Source: Polyangiaceae bacterium (lineage in GTDB: Bacteria; Myxococcota_A; Polyangia; Polyangiales; Polyangiaceae). Taken from it: a stretch of DNA of 64,000 bases. Position numbers and translations under genes: made by a program. The notes below the pieces were generated by a model. The model saw nothing but the letters and a program-made list of their open reading frames with translations, was not told the DNA's origin and ran no database searches. Positions 48,522 through 57,642 of the stretch are shown in pieces. Every line of letters begins with the position of its first letter. The stretch's first letter is position 1. The stretch lies in assembly GCA_041389745.1 (NCBI GenBank), contig JAWKRF010000008.1:216500-280499 (forward strand), written 5' to 3'.

Positions 48522-49196
48522 CTATTTCTTCGTCGGGTCGACCTCGGACATCAACATCGTCCCGCCGAACTTGCGGTCGCTCGCCGGGGTGGGCGCGGCG
48601 GGAGCGGGTGTGGGCATCGGCTGGGGCGAGGCTGCGGTGGGCTGGAAGCTCGCGGGGGGCTCCTGCGGAGGCGGCGGTGGTCCTGGTGGAGCGCTCGCCG
48701 TCGGAGCACCGAAGCCGGGGGGGGGAGCGCCGTATGCGTTCGAGGAGACCGCGGCGGACGGCGGAGGCGCTCCGGGCGAGGGAGCGGTGGGTACGGCGCT
48801 GCTCGGGTTGCCCTCGGGCTGGTACATCTGGCCGCTGTAGGCGGGAGCAGCGGGAGCGGCGGCTGGCCGCTTGCTCCGGGTGACGATGCCGCCGACGAGT
48901 CCCCCTGCGCCCAGCATGAAGAACAGGCCGCTGCCTGCCCAGCTGATGGTGCGGATAGTGGAGTACGTCTTGTATTTTCTATACGGAATATCGGCCAGCG
49001 ACGAGCCGTAGCCCACGTAGCTGTTGATGATGGTGTAGGCGCGATAGGCCTTGCCTGCCTGCCAGTGGAAGAAGCCTCCCACCACGCCCAGCAGGAGTGA
49101 GAGCACGATCGCTGCGCCACCGCCTAGCATCAGAAGCAGCGGGAGCTTGCTGGCTTTGGGGGGCGAGGCCGAGGGTGCTGGCATGGGAGGCTGCAT
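48522..49196 (-). CDS. hypothetical membrane protein with Pro-rich C-terminus
   Basis: ATG at 49196 (MQPPMPAPSASPPKASKLPLLLMLGGGAAIVLSLLLGVV). Two TM helices, then about 110 aa rich in P/A/S. Confidence 0.5.
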   Translation of the reverse strand: MQPPMPAPSASPPKASKLPLLLMLGGGAAIVLSLLLGVVGGFFHWQAGKAYRAYTIINSYVGYGSSLADIPYRKYKTYSTIRTISWAGSGLFFMLGAGGLVGGIVTRSKRPAAAPAAPAYSGQMYQPEGNPSSAVPTAPSPGAPPPSAAVSSNAYGAPPPGFGAPTASAPPGPPPPPQEPPASFQPTAASPQPMPTPAPAAPTPASDRKFGGTMLMSEVDPTKK

Positions 49197-49242
49197 CCCG
49201 CGCAGAGTAGCCGTCTCCGCTGCTGGACGGCAGCCTCGAAGT

Positions 49243-50646
49243 TCAGGCGCGCGCGCTGGTGTCGGCGCGGAGCACGCCTCGCGCGGATTCGCCTCGCCGA
49301 CTGAACAGCGCCCGAGCTGCAGGGGCCACCAGGTGCTGCACCGCAGCTCGGGCGACGGCTCGCCCACGAGCCTCCGAGAGCACGCCCAGGGTCTCCGCGG
49401 GGCTCTGCGCATCCGCGTCGGCACGCACGAGCCGCGCCTCGTCGCCCAGCGCGGTGGTGACCGTTCGATCCAGGTACTCCCGCGCGGAGCGCTCGAGCTC
49501 GGGGTGCAGGTCGAGCAGCCACGCGACGCTGCGCCAGGCCAGCGCGGCGTGCCGGGTCTCGTCTTCCGCCACCCGACGCAGCTCGGCGGCGAGCGCCGGA
49601 TCGGCGACGAGCAACGAGGCCTCCAGCATGCGCGCGGCGGCGATAGTCTCCCCGACGCAACCCTCCGCCAGGGTCGTCTCCAGGATCGCACGCGGAGAGG
49701 CCTGTTCCAGCGCCCCCGTGACGTCCAGTGGACCCGGCTGACGCGGGGCTCCCAGGTGGGCTGCGATCGCGAAGGCCAGCTTCGCGTGACGCAGCTCGTC
49801 AGCGAGAGCTTCGTGGGACCCTCGGAGCAGGTCTGCTGGCGCGCCCAGGCTCATCAGCTGCAGAGTGAAGCGGGCGAACGCCGCCACCGAAGCGTGCTCC
49901 ATGGCTGCCATCTGGAGGTAGTGGTGTTGCGCCGCTTCGCGAGCGTCGTCGGTGACGACGACGTCTGCGAGGCTCGCGCAGCGGTCGTCCTGGCTCCAGT
50001 TCGAACCGGCATGAAGTGGTGCCGTGCGGATATGACCTTCGACGTAGAATGGGCGCCCCTCGACGCAGGTGTCCAGCCCACAGCTCCGACGTGTGCCGTC
50101 ATACAGGCACTGTTCGCCGCTCTTGCAGTCGGCGTTGGTCGTGCAACCGTCCTCGCTGGTCACGCAGGAGTAGCCGTGCCCGCCGCACTCCGTGGTGTGG
50201 ATCGCGCACACACTGCCCGGGCAGTCGGCGTCGGACTGGCAACCCAGGGCCGAGACACAGGCCGATACTCCGCCGCTCCCGCACTCGCAGAGCTGCGACT
50301 CTCCGCAGTCAGCGTCGGTGCTGCACGCATAGCGGCAGTAGCAGATCTGCCCAGCGACGCAGTAGCCGTTGGGCGACGCCGTGCAGTCGGAGTCAGTCGT
50401 GCACTCCGCTGGATCGAAGCCGCTCGTGCACTCCACACCCGCGCGCGGCAGCGCGAGCTGGCAGGCCACCGCCTGCGGACGGTGCTTCAGCCCGTTGTCA
50501 CAGGTCGCGAAGCCCTGATCGGGCTGACCCGTGTCGGTGCACTCGAAGCTCGACTCCGGACTGGTGCTGGCACCGCACCCTAACCCCCAACCCAGGGAGA
50601 GCAGGAAGGTCGTGGAGAGAGCCGTGATGGGTAGCTTGAGCTGCAT
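49243..50646 (-). CDS. lipoprotein: Cys-rich N-terminal domain fused to a ferritin-like (di-iron type) domain
   Basis: ATG at 50646 (MQLKLPITALSTTFLLSLGWGLGCG). About 30 Cys with a fourfold xD(A/S)DC motif. The C-terminal half has MEHASVAAFARF...ELRHAKLA...ETIAAARM...DETRHAALAW, i.e. paired ExxH-type helices. Confidence 0.65.
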   Translation of the reverse strand: MQLKLPITALSTTFLLSLGWGLGCGASTSPESSFECTDTGQPDQGFATCDNGLKHRPQAVACQLALPRAGVECTSGFDPAECTTDSDCTASPNGYCVAGQICYCRYACSTDADCGESQLCECGSGGVSACVSALGCQSDADCPGSVCAIHTTECGGHGYSCVTSEDGCTTNADCKSGEQCLYDGTRRSCGLDTCVEGRPFYVEGHIRTAPLHAGSNWSQDDRCASLADVVVTDDAREAAQHHYLQMAAMEHASVAAFARFTLQLMSLGAPADLLRGSHEALADELRHAKLAFAIAAHLGAPRQPGPLDVTGALEQASPRAILETTLAEGCVGETIAAARMLEASLLVADPALAAELRRVAEDETRHAALAWRSVAWLLDLHPELERSAREYLDRTVTTALGDEARLVRADADAQSPAETLGVLSEARGRAVARAAVQHLVAPAARALFSRRGESARGVLRADTSARA

Positions 50647-50859
50647 GACCTCGCCCTGGAGCAAGCGCCGTGCCCCGCGGCTCGCTCCGGACCTGAGCCC
50701 TCGTCGGGCTGGAAAACCCGCACTCCAGCAACGTCCCCGGCGGCCTGGGCGGGCTCGCCTCGGGGCGGAGTGTGACGAGTCGTGCGGGTCGTGCCGGAGT
50801 GTGCCACGCGAGGGGGCGTTTCTTCGGCGGGCCCGCTGCCGGATGCACTATGCAAGGGT

Positions 50860-51651
50860 ATGCAGATTTCGGGGCGGCACGCGCTGGTAACGGGGGCATC
50901 GTCGGGCATCGGCGAGACGCTAGCGATCGAACTCGCCGCGCGGGGCGCGAAGGTCAGCGTGGCCGCGCGTCGCGTCGAGAAGCTCGAGGGGGTGGTGGAG
51001 GTGATTCGTCGCGCGGGGGGGGAGGCAAACGCAATCCGTGCGGATCTGTCGTTGCCGGGCTCCGGCTTGGAGCTGGCGCGACGCGTGAGGGATGACTTCG
51101 GCCATGTGGATATCCTGGTGAACAACGCTGGTGTGAGCGGTGGCGTGAACCAGTTCCTCGAGAAAAGCCCTGCGGAAATTCGTGAGTGCGTCGAGGTGAA
51201 TTTCGCTCAACCCATGGCGCTGACTCACCAGCTGATGCCCGGCATGGTGGAGCGAGGACACGGCTGCTTGGTGTCAATCGCCACCGCCTCGGTGTTCTTT
51301 CCGACGAACCTCGCGTCGGTCTACATCGCCACCAAGCGAGCGCTGGCGAGCATCGACGAGATCTTGCGCATCGAGCTCGCCGGGAGTGGCGTTCACGTGC
51401 TCACGGTGTACCCAGGCCCGGTGGACACGCCGATGTTGACCAAGCTGATGGCGACGGATCACCGCGCGGCCGCGGTGCTCGGTCCCTTCAAGGGCACCAC
51501 CGCGAAGCTGGCGAAGCTCACCGCCAGGGCGATCGAGCGGGAGCGCGAGAGCGTGGTGTATCCGGCTCAGTTCAGTGTGGGGCGCTGGGTATCTCCGATC
51601 ATGGGGACGCTGATGGCGAGGCTCTCGGCGCCCCTCGGCCTGAACCGCTAG
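50860..51651 (+). CDS. short-chain dehydrogenase/reductase (SDR)
   Basis: ATG at 50860. TGASSGIGE cofactor motif, NNAG, and the YIATK catalytic YxxxK. Confidence 0.9.
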   Translation: MQISGRHALVTGASSGIGETLAIELAARGAKVSVAARRVEKLEGVVEVIRRAGGEANAIRADLSLPGSGLELARRVRDDFGHVDILVNNAGVSGGVNQFLEKSPAEIRECVEVNFAQPMALTHQLMPGMVERGHGCLVSIATASVFFPTNLASVYIATKRALASIDEILRIELAGSGVHVLTVYPGPVDTPMLTKLMATDHRAAAVLGPFKGTTAKLAKLTARAIERERESVVYPAQFSVGRWVSPIMGTLMARLSAPLGLNR

Positions 51652-51813
51652 CGAGGGCCGACCTTCGAGGGTGACACCCTGCCGTCAGGGCAGCGAGCGG
51701 CCTCGAGCGATTGTTTCGCGCGTGGTTTTTAACGGCGCAGATCCCCTCGGCGTGTTCCGTATTACTCATTACGTGCTCAGGTTCGGGCACCGGGAACATG
51801 GTAGGTTTGTGGG

Positions 51814-53463
51814 ATGATCAGACGACTCCGGATGCGCGGTGAGCAAGACCTCCTGATTCGCACGAGCTCTGGGCTCATCACAGGTGTCTGCCTGAGCCTG
51901 TTCCTGGTCAGCGCCTGCACCATCGAGTCTGGGCGCAGGAGTCAGCAGGCCGCCAATCCTCCGCCGGGACAGTACGCCGTGCCAGCCCAGGCGCCGCCTC
52001 CCGCAGCGCCACCGCCGGTGCAGGCTCCGCCGCCGGCGGCGCCGCTTGGCTTCAACCTACCGTTGCCCCCCAACATCGCGGACCTGCCGCTGCCTCAGGG
52101 CTGGACCATGGTCAACGGCATCCCGGTGCCCGTCGTGCCTGGTCTCACTCCCGGCCAGCCGGCTCCGCAGCCAGGTCAGCCTCCCTCCGCACAGGCGCTC
52201 TCCTCGTGTGGTTCCGTCAACGTCAGCGGCTCGCCGATCCTGCTCGACTGCATGACTCCGCAGTACGGCCTGGTGCCCACCGCATCCAAGGCGCTGGTGA
52301 ACCGCAAACGCTTCGACGCGGGTGCGAACTACGTCGGGGCGGAGCCCCTGCCGACTGGCGTCGATCATCGTTCCGCGGGGAAAGAAGGCCCGGTGCGCGA
52401 CCAAGGTCCGGTCGGCGCGTGCACCGCCTTCAGCCTGGCTGCCGCCGTGGATCACGCCATCGCTCAGGCTGGCAGCTCCCCGGGGAACGTCTCCGTGATG
52501 CAGATCTGGGGCCGCTACCACTACCCCTCGATGCAGTCCGCCGCGGACGCGAACCGCAACCAGCCGCTCAGCGTCGAGCCGAGCTGGCGCTACAACGCCA
52601 AGACCGCGTGCTCCTGGTACAGCGGGGGCTACTGCGACTGTGGCTCGATCACGGGGACGTCCTGCAACCAGCCGGTGGACAGCGCGAAGCTGTCCAGCAT
52701 GGACAAGGCAGCGAACGTACGGGTGACGAACATCACCGAGATCAACGTGATGGATCCAGCGGAGCTCAAGGGCGCGCTCGCCAAGGGTCAGAACGTCTGG
52801 TTCGCGATGTACGTGGATAGCCGCTTCCAGGACGTGCGCGGGAAGAACGCGATCATCCCCGACGGTGATTTCCGGGCGAGTCGCTCGGGGCACGCGATGG
52901 TGATCGCGGGCTACAAGACCCAGGCCAACGGCACCTACTACCTGCTGCACAACTCCTGGGGCAGCAACTGGGGTGACGGCGGCTACGCCTGGATCCTGGA
53001 GAAGACGCTGCTCACCAACATGAAGTACGGCTACCTCGTCGACATCTCGACCAGCACGCCATCGCAGCCGGACAAGCCAAACAAGCCTGGCGAGCCGACC
53101 CCGCCAGCGCAGAACCCGGGACAGTGTCCCCCTGGGCTGGTGCCCGACAGTGGTGTTCCGCTCTGCCTGCCGCCGTGTCCAGACGGGAGTCCCCGTCACT
53201 TCAACACCTGTCCCTCACCCCAGGCGAACACCGGATGCGGTCCCGGTGAGGTGAACATCTTTGGCTTCTGTGTGACCTCTCCCGTCGCTGGCGTGGGCTC
53301 GGACTCCGCGACGGGCGTGAAGTACACCTGCGGTGCGGGCGGCTGTACGTACGCAGTTCCCTACGGAGTCGGTGGTTGTCGCTCGGCGCTTTGCACCCGC
53401 TCCTGTCCGTCGCCGAAGTACGTGCTGACCGCCGGTACCAATGGCCTCGGCTGCTCGGAGTGA
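51814..53463 (+). CDS. secreted papain-like (C1 family) cysteine peptidase with Pro-rich N-region and Cys-rich C-terminal extension
   Basis: DQGPVGACTAFS (Gln/Cys region), SGHAMVIAGY (His) and NSWGSNWGDGGYAWI (Asn-Ser-Trp region), in the canonical order. Confidence 0.8.
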   Translation: MIRRLRMRGEQDLLIRTSSGLITGVCLSLFLVSACTIESGRRSQQAANPPPGQYAVPAQAPPPAAPPPVQAPPPAAPLGFNLPLPPNIADLPLPQGWTMVNGIPVPVVPGLTPGQPAPQPGQPPSAQALSSCGSVNVSGSPILLDCMTPQYGLVPTASKALVNRKRFDAGANYVGAEPLPTGVDHRSAGKEGPVRDQGPVGACTAFSLAAAVDHAIAQAGSSPGNVSVMQIWGRYHYPSMQSAADANRNQPLSVEPSWRYNAKTACSWYSGGYCDCGSITGTSCNQPVDSAKLSSMDKAANVRVTNITEINVMDPAELKGALAKGQNVWFAMYVDSRFQDVRGKNAIIPDGDFRASRSGHAMVIAGYKTQANGTYYLLHNSWGSNWGDGGYAWILEKTLLTNMKYGYLVDISTSTPSQPDKPNKPGEPTPPAQNPGQCPPGLVPDSGVPLCLPPCPDGSPRHFNTCPSPQANTGCGPGEVNIFGFCVTSPVAGVGSDSATGVKYTCGAGGCTYAVPYGVGGCRSALCTRSCPSPKYVLTAGTNGLGCSE

Positions 53464-53511
53464 TCGGAACGGGACTGGAACGGGGTTATAGCGGCGTTTC
53501 GCCTCGCGTCA

Positions 53512-53589
53512 GACCGCTCACCGCGCCCGGTGTCGGTCCTCGCCGACTCGGACCGCTCACCGCGCCCGGTGTCGGTCCTCGCCGACTCG
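53512..53589. repeat. perfect 2 x 39-bp tandem direct repeat
   Basis: GACCGCTCACCGCGCCCGGTGTCGGTCCTCGCCGACTCG at 53512-53550, repeated exactly at 53551-53589. Intergenic. Confidence 0.95.
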
Positions 53590-53772
53590 GAGCGGGACCG
53601 GATTGCGCGCGACTAGATTCTTTTTTCCACACCGCAATACGACCTCCCCAGAGCTCTCCCCAGCGCGCCAGCACGGGAGGCTGGGGTTACCTGAGTCTCG
53701 GACTTGTGTCAGAGTAGCGTCCGCTCGGGAGTCGACGAGGAACCACCCTCGCCCCTGAGCGGAGGAGAGGGC

Positions 53773-54831
53773 ATGAGGGACATGCGGTGGCTGGCGCTGG
53801 CTCCACTGCTGTGGGCCATTGGCTGCGGCGGTAGCAGCGAGGAGACGCCCGGCTTGGTCGCGGCTGCCGGCAGCGGCGGTGTGTCGAGCAGCGGCGGCGC
53901 GGCTGGGGATCGAGGCGCTGGCGGAGACTCCAGCGGTGGATCTGGGGGTGAGAGCGGGAGCTCGCAGGGAGGCAGCTCCCAGGCGGGCAGCTCCCCGGGA
54001 GGCGCCGCTGGGGCTGCCACCGGCGGATCCGATCAGGGAGGCAGCGCAGGCACCGCCGGAGAGCCCAGCGTCCCCCCGTTCCCTGCGGTAACGGACTTCG
54101 CTGCCAAGGGCTCCTTCCCGACCACCAGCAAGGGCGAGGGGCCGAGCTGCACCATCTTTCGTCCCCAGGTGCTAGGGGAGGCGGGCCGCAAACACCCGAT
54201 CATCCTCTGGGGAAACGGCACCACCGCCGCGCCGCCCATCTACGCCGGGGTGCTGACCCACTGGGCTTCTCATGGCTTCGTGGTCGCCGCGGCGAACACC
54301 TCGAACGCCGGCACCGGTGAGGAGATGCTAGCCTGTCTGGACTACCTGACGGATCAAGACGCGAAGAGCGGGAGCGTCTATCAAGGCAAGCTGGATCTGA
54401 CTCGAGTGGGCACCAGCGGGCACTCTCAGGGAGGTGGTGGAAGCATCATGGCTGGCGCCGATCCGCGCGTGAGCGTCACCGCGCCGCTCGAACCCTACGT
54501 CACCGGGCTGGGACACGACGCCGACTCTCAGAAGCACCAGCACGGGCCAATGTTTCTGATGAGCGGTGGGGCCGACGTGATCGCGCCTCGCCCCATCCAG
54601 CAGCAGCCGATCTTCGACAACACCAACGCCGACGTCTTCTGGGGCACGCTCAAGAGCGCGGATCACCTGATCGCGGCGGTGGGAGACATCAGCGACTTCC
54701 GCGGTCCGGCGACGGCCTGGCTACGCCTGCACCTGATGGACGACGAGAGCGCGCGCCCGATCTTCTACGGCGCGGGCTGCTCGCTCTGCCTCAGCCCTGG
54801 CTGGACCGTGGAGAAGAAGGGGATCCAGTGA
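53773..54831 (+). CDS. cutinase/PETase-like (dienelactone-hydrolase-fold) serine esterase, lipoprotein with Gly/Ser linker
   Basis: ATG at 53773 after GGAGGAG. Lipobox LLWAIGCGG. WASHGFVVAAANT, GTSGHSQGGGGSI (GxSxG plus GGGG), SGGADVIAP (Asp) and KSADHLIA (His) line up with actinobacterial cutinases as I remember them. Confidence 0.75.
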   Translation: MRDMRWLALAPLLWAIGCGGSSEETPGLVAAAGSGGVSSSGGAAGDRGAGGDSSGGSGGESGSSQGGSSQAGSSPGGAAGAATGGSDQGGSAGTAGEPSVPPFPAVTDFAAKGSFPTTSKGEGPSCTIFRPQVLGEAGRKHPIILWGNGTTAAPPIYAGVLTHWASHGFVVAAANTSNAGTGEEMLACLDYLTDQDAKSGSVYQGKLDLTRVGTSGHSQGGGGSIMAGADPRVSVTAPLEPYVTGLGHDADSQKHQHGPMFLMSGGADVIAPRPIQQQPIFDNTNADVFWGTLKSADHLIAAVGDISDFRGPATAWLRLHLMDDESARPIFYGAGCSLCLSPGWTVEKKGIQ

Positions 54832-55258
54832 GCGGGCGGTGTCGGCGCCGGGCAGCGACGCAGACCAGCCCGAGCCCCAGCACGAGCCAGGAAAGGCTGG
54901 ACGCCTCTCCGGCGCCGGTGGTGCTGCAAGCGCCGCAACCCGAAGGCTTCGGCTCGGCCGGGGGCGCGCTGCTGCTCTCTCCCTTGCACCACACTTCGTG
55001 CCACACGGAAGCGCCACCCGCCTGGCAGCTCTTCTTGTAGCCCTCTTCCCCCAGCGCCTCGCACTTGTGCGGTTCCGCGTGGTAAGTCTCACATTGCTTG
55101 CAGTCGGTCCTGCCCTTGGCCTGCTCTGACTCCACGCTGCAGTCGGCCTCTGGTTCTACCGGCGCCAGATCCGCCCAGGCGAGAGACGACGCGCTCAGCG
55201 TCAGACCAAAGACCAGGCTCGCGGTTGCGGTGCGGAACGCAGACATGTCTCTCAGCAT
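54791..55258 (-). CDS. small Cys-rich secreted protein with MYXO-CTERM-like tail
   Basis: Signal ...LVFGLTLSASSLAWA. Six Cys in about 75 aa. The tail is SGCGACSTTGAGEASSLSWLVLGLGLVCVAARRRHR. The 3-prime end overlaps the convergent esterase gene by 41 nt. Confidence 0.6.
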   Translation of the reverse strand: MLRDMSAFRTATASLVFGLTLSASSLAWADLAPVEPEADCSVESEQAKGRTDCKQCETYHAEPHKCEALGEEGYKKSCQAGGASVWHEVWCKGESSSAPPAEPKPSGCGACSTTGAGEASSLSWLVLGLGLVCVAARRRHRPLTGSPSSPRSSQG

Positions 55259-55296
55259 ACGGCATATTACGCCGCGTCGAGACTGGATCTGCTCCG

Positions 55297-57642
55297 CTAC
55301 TCCGCGACCTTCGCGGCGCTCGACGACGGGGGCGCCAGCGCAGACGCCCCCAGGGCGTCGATGGCCCAGAACACCGCCTCGGGCGTTGCGGGGCTCTTCA
55401 GGGGCACGCCGCGCCGCTGCCCCGCCGGCGTGGCAAAGCTCGCGACCGCCTGCCGCAGCGCCTCACGGGCGCTGATCGCGAGCATGAACGGCGGCTCCCC
55501 GACCGCCTTCGAGCCGTAGATCACCCCAGGCTCTTCCGCGCGCTCCAAGAGCTCGACGTGGAACTCCTCGGGGCACTCGCCGAGGCTCGGCAGCTTGTAG
55601 GTCGAGGCGTTGATCGTCCCCAAGCGGCCATCTGGAGCCCACCATAGCTCTTCCTGGGTGAGCCAGCCGAGGCCCTGGATGAAGCCCCCCTCGACCTGTC
55701 CGCGATCGACCAGCGGGGAGAGCGAGCTGCCGACATCGTGAAGAATATCCGTGCGCAAAATACGATACATGCCCGTGAAGCCGTCGACTTCCACCTCCGT
55801 GACGGCGGCTCCATAGGCGAAGTAGTGAAACGGCTTGCCGCGGCCCTTGATGCGATCGTAGTGGATCTCGGGCGTGCGGTAGAACCCGGTCGACGACAGC
55901 TGGATGCGATCGAGGTAGGCGCGCTCGACCACCTGGGCGAAGGTCAGGCCGTGGCCTTCCGAGTCGGCGCCCCGCGCCTGGATTCGACCTTCCTCGATCA
56001 CGAGGTCACCTGGATCTTGACCCAGCAACCGGCCAGCTACCTCGAGCAGTCGCTCGCGCAGCGTCTCGCAAGCGTTGGCGACCGCGGCGCCGTTCAGGTC
56101 GGTGCCGCTCGACGCTGCGGTGGCCGAGGTGTTTGGCACCTTGTCCGTGCGCGTCGGCATGATGCGTACGCTGGCCAGCGGGATGCCGAGGGTGTGTGCT
56201 GCGACCTGGCGCATCTTGGTGTGCAGACCCTGACCCATCTCGGTCCCGCCGTGGTTCACCTGAACGCTGCCATCTCGATAGATGAGCACCAGCGCGCCGC
56301 CCTGATTGTAGTACTTGGCCGTGAAGGAGATCCCGAACTTGACCGGGGTGATGGCCAGGCCACGTTTCCGTGTGGTCTGATTGGCGTTGAACGCCTCGAC
56401 CTCCCCGGAGCGCCGCTCGAAGGCGCTGGTTTCGAGCAGGCGATCCCAGATGCGCTGGATGCGTCCGGCGTCCTTGACCGGCTGTCCATAGTGCGTGGAG
56501 TCGCCGTCTCGATAGAAGTTGCGCTGACGGACCACGTGGGGGGGCAACGACAGGTGGCGGGCGACGGCGTCGAGCGCGTCCTCGATCATCACCATGCCCT
56601 GGGGCCCGCCGAAGCCGCGGAAGGCGGTGTGTGAGGTGGTGTGGGTCTTCGCGACGCGCCCCACGACGCGCAAGTTCGGGATGTTGTAGGCGTTGTCGCA
56701 GTGGAAGAGCGCGCGTCCGAGCACTGGAGCGGACAGATCGAGGCTGTAGCCGCCGTCGCTGGTCAGCTGTAGATCGAAGGCCAGGATCTTGCCTCGGGGA
56801 TCGAAGCCGATGCGGTAGCGACCGAGGAACGGGTGCCGCTTGCCCGTGAGCATCATGTCTCGCGCGCGATCCAGGCGCGCACGCACCGGACGCCTCGTCA
56901 GGCGGGACCCCAGGGCGGCCACCGCCGCAAACACGTTGGCCTGCACCTCCTTGCCTCCGAAGGCTCCGCCCATTCGCAGGCTCTGGACCACGACGCGGTT
57001 CTTCTCCACGCCGAGCACCCGCGCGACGATCTCCTGGGTCTCCGTCGGGTGCTGCGTGGATGACTGGACCATCACCGAGTCGGCCTCGTCCAGGTACGCC
57101 AGCGCCGACTGAGTCTCCAGGTAGAAGTGCTCCTGTCCACCGACGAAGAACTCCCCTTGCAGCGTCTCGCACTGGGTGAACGTTCGCTCCACGTCCCCGC
57201 GCTCGATGCGCTCGGGTTCGGTGAGGTAGCTGTCGGCCGCCTCGGCCGCCTCGATGCCGATGATCGCCGGTAGCACCTCGTACTCCACGACGACCCGCTG
57301 CGCGGCCTGGATCGCCTGCTCTTGGCTCTCCGCCAGCACCCAGGCCACCGGTTGACCGTGGAATTCTACTTCCTCCGGGAACAGGGGCTCGTCCCGACGA
57401 GATGCGCCGGTGTTGTTCTCACCGATCACGTCAGCGGCTCCCAGGATCTTGACCACACCAGGCGCCGTCGCGGCGGAAGCGGCGTCGACCGTCAGCACCC
57501 TCGCGTGCGCATGGGGGGCCATCACGGGCCAGGCGTGCAAGAGCCCGGGAAAGCGCGTACACAGATCGTCGGTGTAGAGCGCCGCACCCGTGACGTGTCC
57601 CAGGGCGCTCTCGTGGGGGACGGATTTTCCTACGCTGCTCAT
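55297..57642 (-). CDS. xdhB: xanthine dehydrogenase molybdopterin-binding subunit
   Basis: ATG at 57642 (MSSVGKSVPHESALGHVTGAALYTDD). About 780 aa with GGAFGGKE and the TEMGQG-type motif (GGTEMGQGLHTK) of Mo-hydroxylase large subunits. Confidence 0.88.
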   Translation of the reverse strand: MSSVGKSVPHESALGHVTGAALYTDDLCTRFPGLLHAWPVMAPHAHARVLTVDAASAATAPGVVKILGAADVIGENNTGASRRDEPLFPEEVEFHGQPVAWVLAESQEQAIQAAQRVVVEYEVLPAIIGIEAAEAADSYLTEPERIERGDVERTFTQCETLQGEFFVGGQEHFYLETQSALAYLDEADSVMVQSSTQHPTETQEIVARVLGVEKNRVVVQSLRMGGAFGGKEVQANVFAAVAALGSRLTRRPVRARLDRARDMMLTGKRHPFLGRYRIGFDPRGKILAFDLQLTSDGGYSLDLSAPVLGRALFHCDNAYNIPNLRVVGRVAKTHTTSHTAFRGFGGPQGMVMIEDALDAVARHLSLPPHVVRQRNFYRDGDSTHYGQPVKDAGRIQRIWDRLLETSAFERRSGEVEAFNANQTTRKRGLAITPVKFGISFTAKYYNQGGALVLIYRDGSVQVNHGGTEMGQGLHTKMRQVAAHTLGIPLASVRIMPTRTDKVPNTSATAASSGTDLNGAAVANACETLRERLLEVAGRLLGQDPGDLVIEEGRIQARGADSEGHGLTFAQVVERAYLDRIQLSSTGFYRTPEIHYDRIKGRGKPFHYFAYGAAVTEVEVDGFTGMYRILRTDILHDVGSSLSPLVDRGQVEGGFIQGLGWLTQEELWWAPDGRLGTINASTYKLPSLGECPEEFHVELLERAEEPGVIYGSKAVGEPPFMLAISAREALRQAVASFATPAGQRRGVPLKSPATPEAVFWAIDALGASALAPPSSSAAKVAE

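Noticed and set aside
53512-53589. CRISPR-like repeat.
   Set aside because: There are only two directly abutting identical units with no spacers and no cas genes. It is a simple tandem duplication.
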